Shown here: piece by piece, positions 26,287 to 40,656 of the stretch | Layout: each line of letters begins with the position of its first letter | Numbering within the stretch: the first letter of the stretch is position 1 | From: Octopus vulgaris | Taxonomy: Eukaryota | Length of the DNA: 64,000 nt | Assembly: GCA_951406725.2 (NCBI GenBank) | Contig: OX597822.1 | Location: 64,232,001 to 64,296,000, forward strand | Direction of reading: 5' to 3' | Program-made: the position numbers and the translations under genes | The notes under the pieces: generated by a model | What the model saw: only the letters and a program-made list of their open reading frames with translations | The model's database searches: none | What the model was told of the DNA's origin: nothing

Positions 26287-26626
26287 AAACCCAATTACGG
26301 CGTGGAAGGTGTTTATAAGCCATTTAAATGTCTTCGTTGCTTTTAAACCGTTCGTTGACAAAATTACGTGCCGCATCATACCTATATCTTTGAATATCTC
26401 CCTAACAATATATCTAAGGGTACCGAGCTGGCAGAATCGTTAAAATGCCGAGGAAAATGCTTAGCAGCATTTCGTCCGTCTTTATGTCCTGAGTTCTGTC
26501 GAGGTCAGCTTTGCCTTTTATCTTTTCAGGGTCGATTAAATAAGTACCAGTTGATCACTGGGGCCGAAGTAATTAATTAGTCCTCTCCTTCAAAATTTCA
26601 GGTTTTGTGACTAACAAAGAATTATA

Positions 26627-27656
26627 TCAGATCATTAAGAATGAAATGTCCGATTTTGAACTGAAAGATTATTTAAATTAATCTCAACAAAAAGCAAGGC
26701 AGTTAATCAAAGTATGCACTTGAATTATAGCACAATTTCGCCATTTTATCGGAGGCGAAAAATTCTGGAGAGCAAGAGGTGATGAAAAGACGGCGAGCTG
26801 GCAGAAACGTTAGCATACCGGGCGAAATGCTTAGCGGTATTTCGCCCGTCGCTACGTTCTGAGTTCAAATTCCGCCGAGGTCGGCTTTACCTTTCATTCT
26901 TTCGGGATCGATAAATAAAGTACCAGTTACGCACTGGGGTTGATGTAATCGACTTAATCCCTTTGTGTGTCCTTGTTTGTCCCCTCTATGTTTAGCCCCT
27001 TGTGGGCAATAAAGAAATAGGTATTTCGTTTGCCGTTACGTTCTGAGTTCAAATTCCGCAGAGGTCGACTTTGCCTTTCATTCTTTTGGGGTCGATAAAT
27101 TAAGTACCAGTTACGCACTTATCCTTTTATCCAATTGGTTGATGTATACATCCACTGCAATTGACTTACCAGGTCTCGTGAAGCTGTAGTGAATGACACT
27201 AGTGCTGGACCATCAAACAGAGACCATTAGCTTTTCTCAGTGAATTTTCTTTTTTGGAATGTGTTTTGGTACTTCGTATCTATCCAATCACCATGCAGAA
27301 CGCTTGTTATTGTTGAAAAGAATCCATTTTTCTTCACACGCAACGATACGATGCAAAAATGGTTCGCTTTTATGCCGTGACAGCAAAGAACAACAAGTTT
27401 CAAGACGACGTGTCATTTGATGCTCTAATGCTTCATCCTGACAATTCTTTGTTTTACAACATTGAAGAGTTACATCATCACTCTTTGAAATGCAGTTCGT
27501 GGTGTCTGATTATATTGTGAATTTTCTGTCATAAATCAATTTTTGTGAACCCATGGATAGAGCAAAAATTCTTGTATATGAATATGAGTTCCCTCGTGGA
27601 ACCAATGTATTCCTTGGTGCATAAGAAAATCGGTCATTTCATTCTTAATGACGTGA
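26627..27656 (-). mobile_element. Deleted and rearranged mariner (cecropia/Hsmar1-like) with a SINE A dimer inserted at 26787-27118
   Basis: TIRs TCAGATCATTAAGAATGAAATGTCCGATTTT and (rc) TCACGTCATTAAGAATGAAATGACCGATTTT with TA flanks. Minus-strand translation EPFLHRIVACEEKWILFNNNKRSAW*LD..PKHIPK..KLMVSV*WSS..IHYSF; C-terminal ..SAYFD* near 26706. Confidence 0.85.
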
Positions 27657-27670
27657 TATATATATATATA

Positions 27671-28047
27671 TCTTTATATATAAAAGAGAGGTTGTGTGCA
27701 GTCTGTCTCCTACGATTTAGATTCCTAACTACTCGCACATTTTGCGGTGCAGTTTAACCAAAACCGGGTATCTTATAGTCGTGATTCATATCGAGCCCTT
27801 CTGGGTATTAGCGCGCGTCTACGATGAGTCTACGATTAAAAAAAAAATTTACCATCAATTTTTTCCATTTTTAATGCATTTTTGGCATATATAAGGGAAG
27901 TAACTCTCTAAAAATTTATTATTAAATCTCAGAACGTAAAAAGCTACAGTAACACCCCACTTTGTGGTTAACTATATTGAGATGGCTATTATACTTTACA
28001 TCTCTAAAAATGCATATGTAGTTATTTCCCTTACAAACCCGAGCAAC
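27671..28047 (+). mobile_element. Non-autonomous Helitron-like element, 3'-truncated
   Basis: Starts A^TCTTTATATATAAAAG (TC..TATATA Helitron-type 5' end) and ends AACCCGAGCAAC, which looks like the first arm of a subterminal hairpin. CTRR end absent. Confidence 0.55.
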
Positions 28048-28405
28048 TTTTAATACTTTTGATATTTATAAAAAATAAAAAAAAAAAAATTAAAAAAAAA
28101 AATTAATTAATTAATAAATAAATAAAATAATATATAAATATAAAAATATACATACATATATATATATATTTGTATATATATATATAAAATTTATAAGCTT
28201 AAATTATTTAAATAATTTTTTTTAAACTTTTATATTTTAAAATTAATTTTATGTATTGGCTTATGTTTTTCACTGTTTGATTTGCCTAACAGTGGTTTTA
28301 TCTCTAATTTAATATAATATAATATAATATACTTATACTATAAAATTGGATTTAATCCTAAATCTAATTTTTCCCTGTATGTTTATTCCCTAATAATATT
28401 ATTAT

Positions 28406-28466
<61 letters not shown>

Positions 28467-29229
28467 CAGGTCCTCTAAGGCTGTGAGCTAGCATAATCGT
28501 TAGCTCGTTGGACAAAATGCTAATCAATATTTCTCCTGAGTCTTTACGTTCTCAGTTCAAATCCCAAGAAGGTTAACTTTGAATTTCATCCCTTCGGAGT
28601 CGGTAAAATAAAAGTACCAGGCAAGTTCTGGGGTCGAAGTAATCGGCTCATCCTCTCCCCTCAAAATTGATAGCCTTGTACCCGGCAACGGATCGGGTGT
28701 TCCTTTCAGGGGAATACTGAGATCTCGGTCACTTATTTGCTATGGAAACCGGGTATCCGGCCTTTTGGCTCAAGAAAAATAGTTATAATAAAAATAAACC
28801 TACCCACCCTCGTATCCACCCGTCAATTGACCTCCAATCCTAGCTACGAGCCGTATGTTGGTTTCTTTCTTCTTTTGTCTTCGAGACAATTTCCCCCTTT
28901 CCCCCACCCGTTTACCTAAACATCATTTCTTTTATTTCCTTACGATCTATTATCTTTTATTCCTCGCCACCCGGTCACCCTCTTCCCGGAGATATCAGCC
29001 ACTTCACTAAAACCCCGTCTTTCCTACCATCTACCCCAATAACTCCCTTCTATTGTCTCACATTTTTTCTAATCTATACACTCTCACCACTACTTCCTAT
29101 TCCCTTTTATCTTTCTCGCTCACTCTCTTACTCTCTATTCTCTCTCTCTCTCTCTCCTTCTCTCCTCTATGGTCCCCAGATGTTTTTACTTATACATTCA
29201 ACTCGAAACACAACCCCCTCTTACCCGTT

Positions 29230-29521
29230 ACCTTCCTTCCTTCCTTCTTTTCTGTCTTCATCCTTTTCTTTCTTTCATTTCTTTTCTTTCTTTTTCTTTC
29301 TTTTCTTTTCTTTCTTTCTTTTTTCTTTCTTTCTTCCTTCCTTTCTTTCTTTCCTTTCTTTCTTCCTTTCTTTCTTTCGGTCTTTCCTTCATCAATCTAT
29401 TCTTTCTTTCTTTCTTTCTTTCCTTCCTCCCTTCCTCCCTTCCTTCCTTCCTTCCTTCCTTCCTTCCTTCCTTCCTTCCTCCCTTTCTTTCTTTCATCCA
29501 TCCATCCATCCATCCATTTAT

Positions 29522-29593
<72 letters not shown>

Positions 29594-29660
29594 TCGTTCT
29601 TTCTTTCTTTCTTTCTACTTACCTACCTTCGTTAATTCGTTCGTTCGTTCGTTCGTTCCT
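29230..29660. repeat. Polypyrimidine (CTTT)n/(CCTT)n tract
   Basis: Directly visible. Confidence 0.95.
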
Positions 29661-29994
29661 TCACGAATATTTACGCCTGGCCAAACATATGTCGGGGAGC
29701 CGTAGAAATAGTTGTTGCTGTGGTTGTTGTTGTTGCCTTATTAAATCCTCATCCAGGTTTACAAAGTGAGGGCGTTGATAAGGTAGACTGTATCTCCTTA
29801 CGGTTGCTAATCAGTCCAGTGTGTGATCTCTTTCTAACCTACCTACCTACCTACCTACCTACCTACACATCACATCTCTCTCTCCCTCTCTCCCTCTCTC
29901 TCACACACACACACACGCACCTATCCATATATATTGCAACAATGTTCCATCACCTACCGATAATCCACCATTACGACTACTACTACAAACAATC

Positions 29995-30204
29995 CGCCGC
30001 CGTATCGCCGCCGTATCGCCGCCGCATCGCCGCCGCATCGCCGCCGCCGCCGCATCGCCGCCGCCGCCGCTGTCGTATCGCCGCCGCTGCCGCATCGCCG
30101 CCGCCGCCACCGCCGCCGCATCGCCGCCACCACCGGATCGCCGCCGCAACCGCATCGCCGCCGCAGCCACCATCACCATCAGCACCACTATGCAGCTGCA
30201 GCTG

Positions 30205-30256
<52 letters not shown>

Positions 30257-30773
30257 CACTACCATAACGACCATCACCACAATTAGTACTGCCAACACCA
30301 CTACATCCTTCACCACCACCAACAAGAGCACCACTACCAGTACTACGACCAGTACCAGTACCACCACTAGTGCTGCCAAATCCATGACCACCACCACCAT
30401 TACTACCACAATCACCACCATCAGCACCACCACCACCAGTACCATCACCGCCACCAAAACTATCACCGCTATCACCACCAACACCACTACCAACATTACT
30501 ACCACAATCACCACTACCAGCACCACCACCACCAGTACTACCACCGCCAACAAAACTATCACCGCTATCACCACCAACACCACTACCAACATTACTACCA
30601 CAATCACCACTAGCAGCACCACCACCACCAGTACCACCACCGCTACCACCAGCATCACCATCAGCACCACCACCACCACCAGTACCACCACCGCTACCAC
30701 AATCACCACCATCAGCACCACCACCACCAGTACCACCACCGCTACCACCAGCACCACCACCACCACCACCACC
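29995..30773. repeat. GC-rich (CCG)/(CGCCGCAT) repeat, (CTA)n, and a degenerate (ACC)n tract with a 96-bp duplication
   Basis: AAAACTATCACCGCTATCACC at 30456 and 30552. Confidence 0.9.
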
Positions 30774-31340
30774 TTTTTCTACTAATCTTTCTGATTAGTC
30801 AAGTCTTTGATGTTTCTAAGTAGAAATGGTAAAATTCCGTGTTTCCTCGTAGAAGTCGTTGTACGATTAAGGAGATCCGCTTGGCAGCCACGTCGTTTCC
30901 GTTTTAGTCTCCACAGCATGACACCTTTGGCAAGTGTCTTCAACTACAGACCCGGACCGACCAAATGCCTTGAGAGAGAATTTGGTAGATGGAAACTGTG
31001 GAGAAGCGTGTTTGTGACCCCACCGTTGGAAAGCCGGTGTTGGTTTGTTCACGTTTCGTAACTTATTGGTCCGGTAAAAATAATTCCATACAAAAAGGAC
31101 TAGGTAGAATACAAACCAACAGTCTGTTGCGGCCATGCTGGGGCACCGTCATGAAGGGTTTATTCGAAGAAATCATCATCAGTAATTGTTTTTTTTTAAA
31201 GTCTGGTAATTACTCTACCGATTCTCTTTTTACTGGACTGCTTGGTTTACAGGGACATAAACAAATCAACACTGTTTGTCATGCAGTGTGTGCGTATGGG
31301 TGTGGCGGACAAATTCAAACCCAACGACACTTGCTCATAT

Positions 31341-31388
<48 letters not shown>

Positions 31389-31454
31389 CTTACTTGGAAA
31401 AGGATATATATAACTTACTTGGCGTTCGATCATATAATAATTATACATACATAC

Positions 31455-31505
<51 letters not shown>

Positions 31506-31569
31506 GTAACCACATGTGAATCATTGGTGATTTTTTCCCTCCGTCTTCCCTTCTATTGGACTTTCCTCT

Positions 31570-31605
31570 GTTTCCGAAGAAGAGCGTCTGCTCGAAACGT
31601 TAAAC
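31570..31605 (+). ncRNA. Minimal hammerhead-like motif, U4C variant, within a ~200-bp element (31504-31700)
   Basis: GTTT-CCGAAGA-A-GAGC-GTCT-GCTC-GAAAC-GTT-AAAC; flanks homologous to 22419-22622. Confidence 0.65.
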
Positions 31606-31765
31606 CATCATTCTTTCCTTCGCCGAGCATCTGCTAATACATTACATGTACCACGTCCTCGCGTTGTTTTGTTTTTTGTGTTTGTTCTTTTTTTATTTAT
31701 TTTATATATATATATATATATACTTCTCTCTCCCTAGTTTCAGCTCTGTATATATATGCAAATAT

Positions 31766-32110
31766 ACAGAGGGCGTAAGATATTTGAGGATAGATTTATA
31801 TTTATTAAAAAACATATATAATAACAGATAACTTTATTCATTAAAAAATGCTATGAGGATAAAAATAAGCCTTCTGTTCTATAATGTTATTCAATAAAGC
31901 CACCTTCAGCTCCAGCAACTGCTTCTTTATGAGATCTAAATCATCAACATGCTCAGATCAAGTGGCCTTGGTTCATTTTGGTCATTACTCTGACTGTGGC
32001 AACTTCCAAAAGATTTTTGGTGTTATGGACATGTTCATTGACCTCTCTCTCAACAATGTTCAACATGTAAAAGTCCAGTGGCTTACGATCTGGGGAATTA
32101 GGAAGCCAAA
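31766..32110 (-). pseudogene. maT/Tc1-like transposase C-terminal remnant
   Basis: WLPNSPDRKPLDFYMLNIVEREVN (compare WPPNSPDLNPLDY) and ..EAVAGAEGGFIE*. Confidence 0.75.
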
Positions 32111-32124
32111 TACATACATATATA

Positions 32125-33412
<1,288 letters not shown>

Positions 33413-34148
33413 TAGAAGAAAAAATATACAGGCACTCACACTCTTAGACACGCATATATACATAAACAGACACACAGACACACACATACACACATGCACG
33501 TATTAAACCACCAAGCCATGACTTCCCCTCAAAAAAATCAAAATAATCCAAGATATCATGAGTAATATGTAATATCTTATTTAAATCTATACACCAACTA
33601 CTCCCTCAATTGTGATGCGAACAATTTGTGTAGGCAAATATGTGACTATGGCAGTTTATAAGGGTTCGCCCACCACTTTTACCCTCAACACAATGTAATC
33701 CCCACCTGATGTGCCAGTTTTGGTATTTTGGCTTTGAAATTCCATGCAATTACTTATCTCTGAAGATGTCTAATCGACTCAAATATCTTCGCTAAAAGAA
33801 TCGAGCCGCAGCTGTTACCCACAGTACATTTCCTACCCACTTTCCAAGGCTGCTTACCCATACGCACACCTTCAAACCAAACCGCCATCTTCACCATTCT
33901 CTAATTCGCACGCATCTACGCACATACACTCGTATATACACATATCTAAATACAGTCACACACCTTGAGTTGCTATACATACACCGACATCTGCGCACCA
34001 ACCGAACATACATACATACATACATACATACACACACACGCACACGCACACACACACACACACACACATATATATACATGCATATCTACCTACCTACCTA
34101 CCTACCTACCTACCTACATAAATATATATGTGTGTATATATATATATA

Positions 34149-34196
<48 letters not shown>

Positions 34197-34967
34197 GGTG
34201 TATGTATACATATGTATATATGTATATATATATATATATATCTGTGTGTGTGTGCGTGTATATATGTATATACACACAACACACAGACACACAAATATAC
34301 ACAAACGCACATATATTTATTATCAGCAATATTGGCTCAGAATAGCTTTCTCTATATCTGAATATAGATATCTTATGGAAAGCCACAAAACTGCAGCATT
34401 CATCTTGAGAAAACTTCTGGTACTGTTGTATAACGCTAAAACACACTGAAGCACATCAGTAGCGAAGAAAAAGCGTCCTACAGCAGTGTTGGAATTGTTA
34501 AATCCGGATTTCTGTGTCCTTGCACGTCATCCGTAACAGGTATTCACTATGAATCGTATGTATGCCTAGACAGATTTCGCTTCTACTAATGTACAGAAAA
34601 AAAAAACACAACAAAAAACACAGTGATTAACAAATCACTATCGTTGCAGATAGTTGGTAGTCTGTGTAAACATTTGTTCATAGCAACGGAAGAAGTTTTG
34701 GTTCAGAATGGCATTCTGTATATCTTACTTAACGCAGGTATATTTATTGAAAGCCAAGCGCGCGCGCGCACACACACACACACACACACAAACTCATGTA
34801 TATATGTATGTGTGTATATATGTATACGTACATATATTTATATATAAGCATATGTGTGAGTATATATGTATGCGTGTGTGTATATAATAAAAACGGACTA
34901 GCAGTTTTTTTTATCATCAAAGAATTTTTTATAAAATAGTAATACAGAGGTATAAAATACTTATATA

Positions 34968-35405
34968 TAGGCGTAGGAGTGGCTGTGTGGTAAGTATATA
35001 GGTGCAGGAGTGGCTGTATGGTAAGTAGCTTGCTTACCAACCACATGGTTCCGGGTTCAGTCCCACTGCGTGTCATCTTGGGCAAGTGTCTTCTTCTATA
35101 GACTCGTGCCGATCAAAGCCTTGTGAGTGGATTTGGTAGACGGAAACTGAAAGAAGCCCGTCGTATATATATGTGTATATATATGTATGTGTGTGTATAT
35201 GTTTGTGTGTCTGTGTTTGTCCTCCCAACATCGCTTCACAATCGATGGTGGTGTGTTTACGCCCCCGTAACTTAGCGGTTCGGCAAAAGAGACCGATAGA
35301 ATAAGTACTAGGCTTACAAAATAATAAGTCCTGTGGTCGATTTGCTTGACTAAACGCATTGCTCCAGCATGGCCACAGTCAAATGACTGAAACAAGTAAA
35401 AGAGA
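34968..35405 (+). mobile_element. SINE family B with duplicated 5' start
   Basis: GGAGTGGCTGT(G/A)TGGTAAGTA occurs twice, then the full body. Confidence 0.92.
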
Positions 35406-35541
35406 GGTGAGTATAGATATTATTAAACTGTAAAACAGGAAAATTAGAAGAAAGCAAGACTTCACATTAATTCTTTGTAGATAGGTGGATGGCCTTCTCT
35501 GTGTGGACTCCGTCTCTCTTCCCTCCACGTTTGATTTTTAG

Positions 35542-35652
35542 CGACGACGTAAAGACATGTTTTTTTGGCGCGACACCACGTGATATGAAGGAAACTTGGC
35601 AACTATTTCCTGCAGTTCGAGAGGGCCACATAGAAGGGGTTCTTCAGCTGAG
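35542..35652 (+). CDS. Candidate internal coding exon (111 bp, phase 2-2) with an ankyrin-like motif
   Basis: Acceptor CTCCGTCTCTCTTCCCTCCACGTTTGATTTTTAG and donor GAG|GTCGGT. One open frame: DDVKTCFFGATPRDMKETWQLFPAVREGHIEGVLQL. Confidence 0.5.
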
Positions 35653-36118
35653 GTCGGTGGAAAATCCCTCGTCCATTCGTTGTTGTTATTGTTGTGATTA
35701 TTGTAACCATTGTTGTAATTGACGATGTGGTTGGTAATTGCTGCCATATTGTCGATGAGTCATGATTAAGATAATCTAAACTCAAAGGCTTTCCGTCCAT
35801 GCCATTTCCTCTTTATAAGGGTATGTAGAGCAACATACAATATGTCCCTTCCATTCTTAAGACGTTAGATTAAGATTTGAGAAAGATTTAGCTGTTATTT
35901 CTAGTCAACTGAATTACCACACAGAGAGTTCTTCATTGGATCGTTTTCTTCATGTTATTCTTGTTGTTGTTGCTGTTATTGTTTTCTGTTGTAGTTGTTG
36001 TTGACATTGTTTTGGTCTTGTTGCCAATATTGCTCCACAGCAGCCACCGTCACCTCCACCGCCCGCATCTCTACTGCTGCTGTTGTTATTGCTGTTGTTG
36101 TCGTTGTTGTTATTGTCG

Positions 36119-36156
<38 letters not shown>

Positions 36157-36372
36157 AGCAAAGTAAGTCAGCAACATTGGAAAGTTGTAGACGCCATCCA
36201 ACTAGGTGAGAGAAGATTAATTGTGTGGAATGACCATGTCAGAGAGAGAGAGAGAGAGAGGGGGAGGGAGGGAGAGGGAGAGAGAGAAAGGTAGAGAGAG
36301 AAGATATAAGGTAGGAGTGGGAGTAGCAGGGAGATCATAAACTCTGAGATAGTAAGCCTGAAATTCTTTTCT

Positions 36373-36433
<61 letters not shown>

Positions 36434-37301
36434 CACTACTACTACCACTACTACCACTACTACTACTACTACTGTTGCTGTTGTTATTTTTGTTATTATT
36501 TTTATTGTTATTATTATTACTTTTACTAGTATTATCATATTATTATATATTGTTGTCATTCATTTATTTACCTTAATTCTTTCTCAAAAACCGAGAAAGA
36601 AAATAAAAACTCCCTATAGAACAAGGGATCTGCGGCTTTAACTTTAGGGTTTTAATTCGCAATTAAGGTATTTTGATTGATTTCAAAGTTTATGACATAA
36701 ACGAAAAAAAAAAAAATCATAAACAAACTACAACTAAAATGCCAAAAAATTTAGTCCCTTATTCCTTCCTGAGATTAAATAAATATCATCATTATTATTG
36801 TTGTTGTTTTTCAAGTAGGGGTGGTTCGTGGTGGGATTGGTGAATCGAGGCGGGATTTGGTTGTTTGTTCCAATTCTCTTCTAATCTGGGCCATTCTTTC
36901 TCTATTTTTATTGTGAGTGATTTTTATTGAGAGTGACTGGGTGGGTGGGATCCCTTTTTTTTGATATATCTTTAAACTGGCGACACATGCATACCTAAAA
37001 TAGTTGCCGAAATTTAATTAATTCCATATTATTCTCGTTTTATCATTCATAATAATGCATTTGCATACACGCGCACGCACACACACACACATACACACAC
37101 AAATACGCACGCATACATACACACACTCGTGCAAACACATGCGATACGCACTTACAGACAAGCACCTAAGTATATAAGGACACATAGATATATACCTACA
37201 TATACATACACGCATATGCCATACATACGCAATCATATACATACATACATACATACATACACACACACACATACACACACACACAAACACACACACACAC
37301 A

Positions 37302-37349
<48 letters not shown>

Positions 37350-37519
37350 CACGCGAGCACGTCACACATAGAGGCATACATGTATAAATGTACACAGCAT
37401 TGAGTGACGGCTGCATCTTTGCAATATTTTTACTTCGACGATAACGAAATTAAACACAGCACATTCGCATACTTATCTATCTTCTTACCTCCTTATCTGT
37501 CTACCTACACACACACACG

Positions 37520-37913
37520 TATGTACATACATACATACATACATACATACATACATACATACATACATACACGCATACATACATACACATACGTATGATT
37601 ATCTATCTATTCAACCATCTATCCATCCACCTCTCACTGTCTCTATGTGTTTATCTCCCCTCTCTTTCTATCAATCTATCCATCAATCCAGCCAGCCATC
37701 TCTCTATCACTCTATCTTTCCCTCTGTTTATTTATTTTCTGCTCTCTCTCTCTCTCTCTCTCTCTCTGTATCTATCTATCTATCTACTCTCACTATATCT
37801 TCACTCTCTATCAGTCTCTCCCCTTTCTCTGTCTGTCTACCTGCTTGCCTGCCTTCCTGCCTTTTTGTGTATGTATGTATGTATGTATGTATGTATGTAT
37901 GTATGTATGTATG

Positions 37914-37989
<76 letters not shown>

Positions 37990-38059
37990 CATCCATCCAT
38001 CTATCCGTCCGTCCGTGCGTCCATCCGTCCGTCCGTCCGTTTGTCTGTCAGTCTGTCTG

Positions 38060-38147
<88 letters not shown>

Positions 38148-38265
38148 CCTACTTACTCTCACTATATCTTCACTCTCTATTTATCTACTTCTCTCTCTCT
38201 CTGTCTGTCTATATCTCCCCGTTCTCTGTCTGTCTCCTTGCCTGCTTGCCTGCCTGCCTGCCTGT
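37520..38265. repeat. (TACA)n/(TATG)n/(TATC)n/(CT)n compound microsatellite with local duplication
   Basis: TACTCTCACTATATCTTCACTCT occurs at ~37784 and ~38154. Confidence 0.9.
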
Positions 38266-38287
38266 CTGTGTTCATTACCCGTTACAG

Positions 38288-38495
38288 GGCTTCTGAGACT
38301 GTTGTGAAAGAGAGGAAGAAAGTATCCTCCAACCGGAAACCTCTTCCAAATATTCGCAACAGAGAGAACTCAGCTAAGCTATTGTTCTCTCCCAACTGGC
38401 GCATTGTGTTTGTTACTATTACTCATCTTTTAAAATACTTTAAACAAAAATTAGCTAAGAGAAATAACTCAACGTGGCCTGCGGCATGTATTTGA
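38288..38495 (+). CDS. Candidate exon, possibly terminal, phase-compatible with 35542-35652
   Basis: Acceptor TGTCTGTGTTCATTACCCGTTACAG. Phase-2 frame ASETVVKERKKVSSNRKPLPNIRNRENSAK.. is open to a TGA that overlaps AATAAA. Confidence 0.3.
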
Positions 38496-38576
38496 ATAAA
38501 CAACATAGACAAATACAGGCATATCAAATGCCACATGACATATATTTTCGACTTATTAAAACCATTTCCGTTTTTA

Positions 38577-39099
38577 GATCTCTTCAGTTTGGCTCACAGA
38601 TTTTTTGATTAATTTTTTTTTCGCATACTGGTGTAATTTCTCACGTTGAACACGGTTTACTTTCAACATTTTTGGCAAAATTCTGTATTTTAGAAGTTAT
38701 TTCGTATCAAAGTTGTCGTATTTGGATAATTTTAACTAATCAACGACGTGTATTCAGCCAAAGAAACCTACTGCTGTTTGCGATAGTAATCGAAAAGCAA
38801 TAACTTCCGGGTCATCTCTGGTTGAAAAATACATTTAGTAAAGATGACCAGGAAGTTGTTTCACTTCGATTACTGTCGCAAACAGCAGCAGGTTTCTTGC
38901 TGAATGCACGTCGTTGATTGGTTAAAATTACCCAAATACAACTTTAAAACGAAATAACTTCTAAAATACGAAATTTTGTCAAAAATGTTGAAAGTAAACC
39001 GTGTTCAGCGTGAGAAATTACACCAATATATAAAGTCTCAAACTGTTTAGTTTAAAAAAAAATATAATTAAAAACTCTGTGAAGCAAACTGAAGAGATC
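38577..39099. mobile_element. Foldback MITE with ~240-bp inverted arms
   Basis: Ends GATCTCTTCAGTTTG and CAAACTGAAGAGATC(CC). Arms pair to the centre (ACTTCCGGGTCATCT / AGATGACCAGGAAGT) around a short spacer. Confidence 0.9.
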
Positions 39100-39748
39100 C
39101 CCACATTTAGATAATGTATCGTAATTACAAAATGGCGACTGTGAAGAGCTCGAAACGATAAAGGGAAATAATCTCAAGAATAAAGAATTCCTCTGAAACT
39201 GACATGCTATTAAGGAAAAGGATAGGGTTAATGGCTGGAGTTTAGGGGACAGACGACGAAGTGTGTTTCTGACTCAATAGCCGTTATCACCACAACAGTT
39301 GCTTATCCTGATCTCCATTAGACAAGGTAATTAGACTTTTTGCATAATTTAAACAAAAAATATGTTAAGAAGACTACTTTTCTATCAGCAATTAAAGCTG
39401 ACGATTTTACGGTTGTACTAGTCATTCAGAGTGCCAACCATGTCACACTATCTCCCGCTAATTCTATTTGGAGATTATGTTTGGGGTACTCTTGTCCATG
39501 GAATGCTCCAAAGAGCAGCCAGTTCGTTTACCGAACAACTTGAACACTCAGTCAATGTCGATGAGATTCATTATATTTTTACACGTATGGGTGCAGGCAT
39601 AGTCGCTTGGTTAAGAAGATCGCTTTGTAACTCCGTGGTTCTGGGTTCAGTCCCACTGCTTGACATGCTGAGCAAGAGGTTTTTTTTTTACTATAGTCTC
39701 CGACTGGCCAATGTTTTGTGAGTGAATTTGATTGACAGAAGCTATGTG

Positions 39749-40656
39749 GAAGCTGTGGAATCGGAGTCGGAGTCGGAGTGGGAAACAATTAAGGGGTAGC
39801 TGGAGATGGAGTCGGAGTCAGTAAAACTATACTAACTCCGACTCCGACTCACAATATTTTTATTCTTTAATATAAACCAGTTAAGGCGGCGAGCTGGCAG
39901 AAACGTTAGCACGCCGGGCGAAACGCTTAGCGGTATTTCGTCTGCCGTTACGTTCTGAGTTCAAATTCCGCCGACGTCGACTTTGCCTTTCATCCTTTCG
40001 GGGTCGATTAAATAAGTACCAGTTACGCACTGGGGTCGATATAATCGACTTAATCCGTTTGTCTGTCCTTGTTCGTCCTCTCTGTGTTTAGCCCCTTGTG
40101 GGTAATAAAGAAACCGGTATTTCGTCTGCCGCTACGTTCTGAGTTCAAATTCCGCCGAGGTCAACTTTGCCTTTCATCCTTTCGGGGTCGATTAAATAAG
40201 TACCATCTATGCTCTAGGGTCGACTTAATCGACTTAATCCTTTTGTCTGTCCTTGTTTATCCCCTCTGTGTGTAGTCCCTTGTGGGCAGTAATGAAATAG
40301 GTATTTCGTCTGCCGCTACGTTCTGAGTTCAAATTCCGCCGAGGTCGACGATGCTTTTCATCCTTTCGGGGTCGATTAAATAAGTACCAGTTACGCACTG
40401 GGGTCGATCTAATCGGCTTAATCCGTTTGTCTGTCCTTGTTTGTCCCCTTTGTGAGTAGTCCCTTGTGGGTAGTAAAGAAATAAGAAACGTTAGCACGCC
40501 GGGCGAAATGCTTAGCGGTATTTCGTCTGTCTTTTTTCTCTGAGTTCAATTTCCGCTGCGGTCGACTATGAATATGCTTTATGAGAGATGTAGACCATAA
40601 TCACTTAATTATATAAAGAGGAGTCGAAACAAAAAAACCTCGACTCCACAGCCCTG
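39749..40656. mobile_element. hAT-like MITE with GGAGTC subterminal repeats, interrupted by a SINE A multimer
   Basis: Left GCTGTGGAATCGGAGTCGGAGTC; right CGACTCCACAGCCCTG (rc CAGGGCTGTGGAGTCG). Confidence 0.65.
39883..40568 (+). mobile_element. SINE family A multimer (three 184-bp units plus a partial fourth)
   Basis: GGTATTTCG at 39932, 40116 and 40300, then re-entry at AGAAACGTTAGC ~40484. Confidence 0.92.

Noticed and set aside
30188-30772. 194-aa Val-rich ORF and antisense Thr-rich mucin-like ORF
   Set aside because: Trinucleotide-derived low complexity without convincing splice sites
33759-33790. CTGAAGA-T-GTC..GAC hammerhead-like start
   Set aside because: The GAAA core is absent and there is no second copy
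35096-35395. Recurrent ORFs such as [14 protein letters not shown].. and SEFKFRRGRL..
   Set aside because: Read-through of SINE A/B sequence; frames are not conserved between copies
39440-39575. DYVWG..MLQRA Tc1-like remnant (similar faint mariner trace at 50130-50310 and RTE trace at 54050-54350)
   Set aside because: Too degraded; no TIRs or continuous motifs
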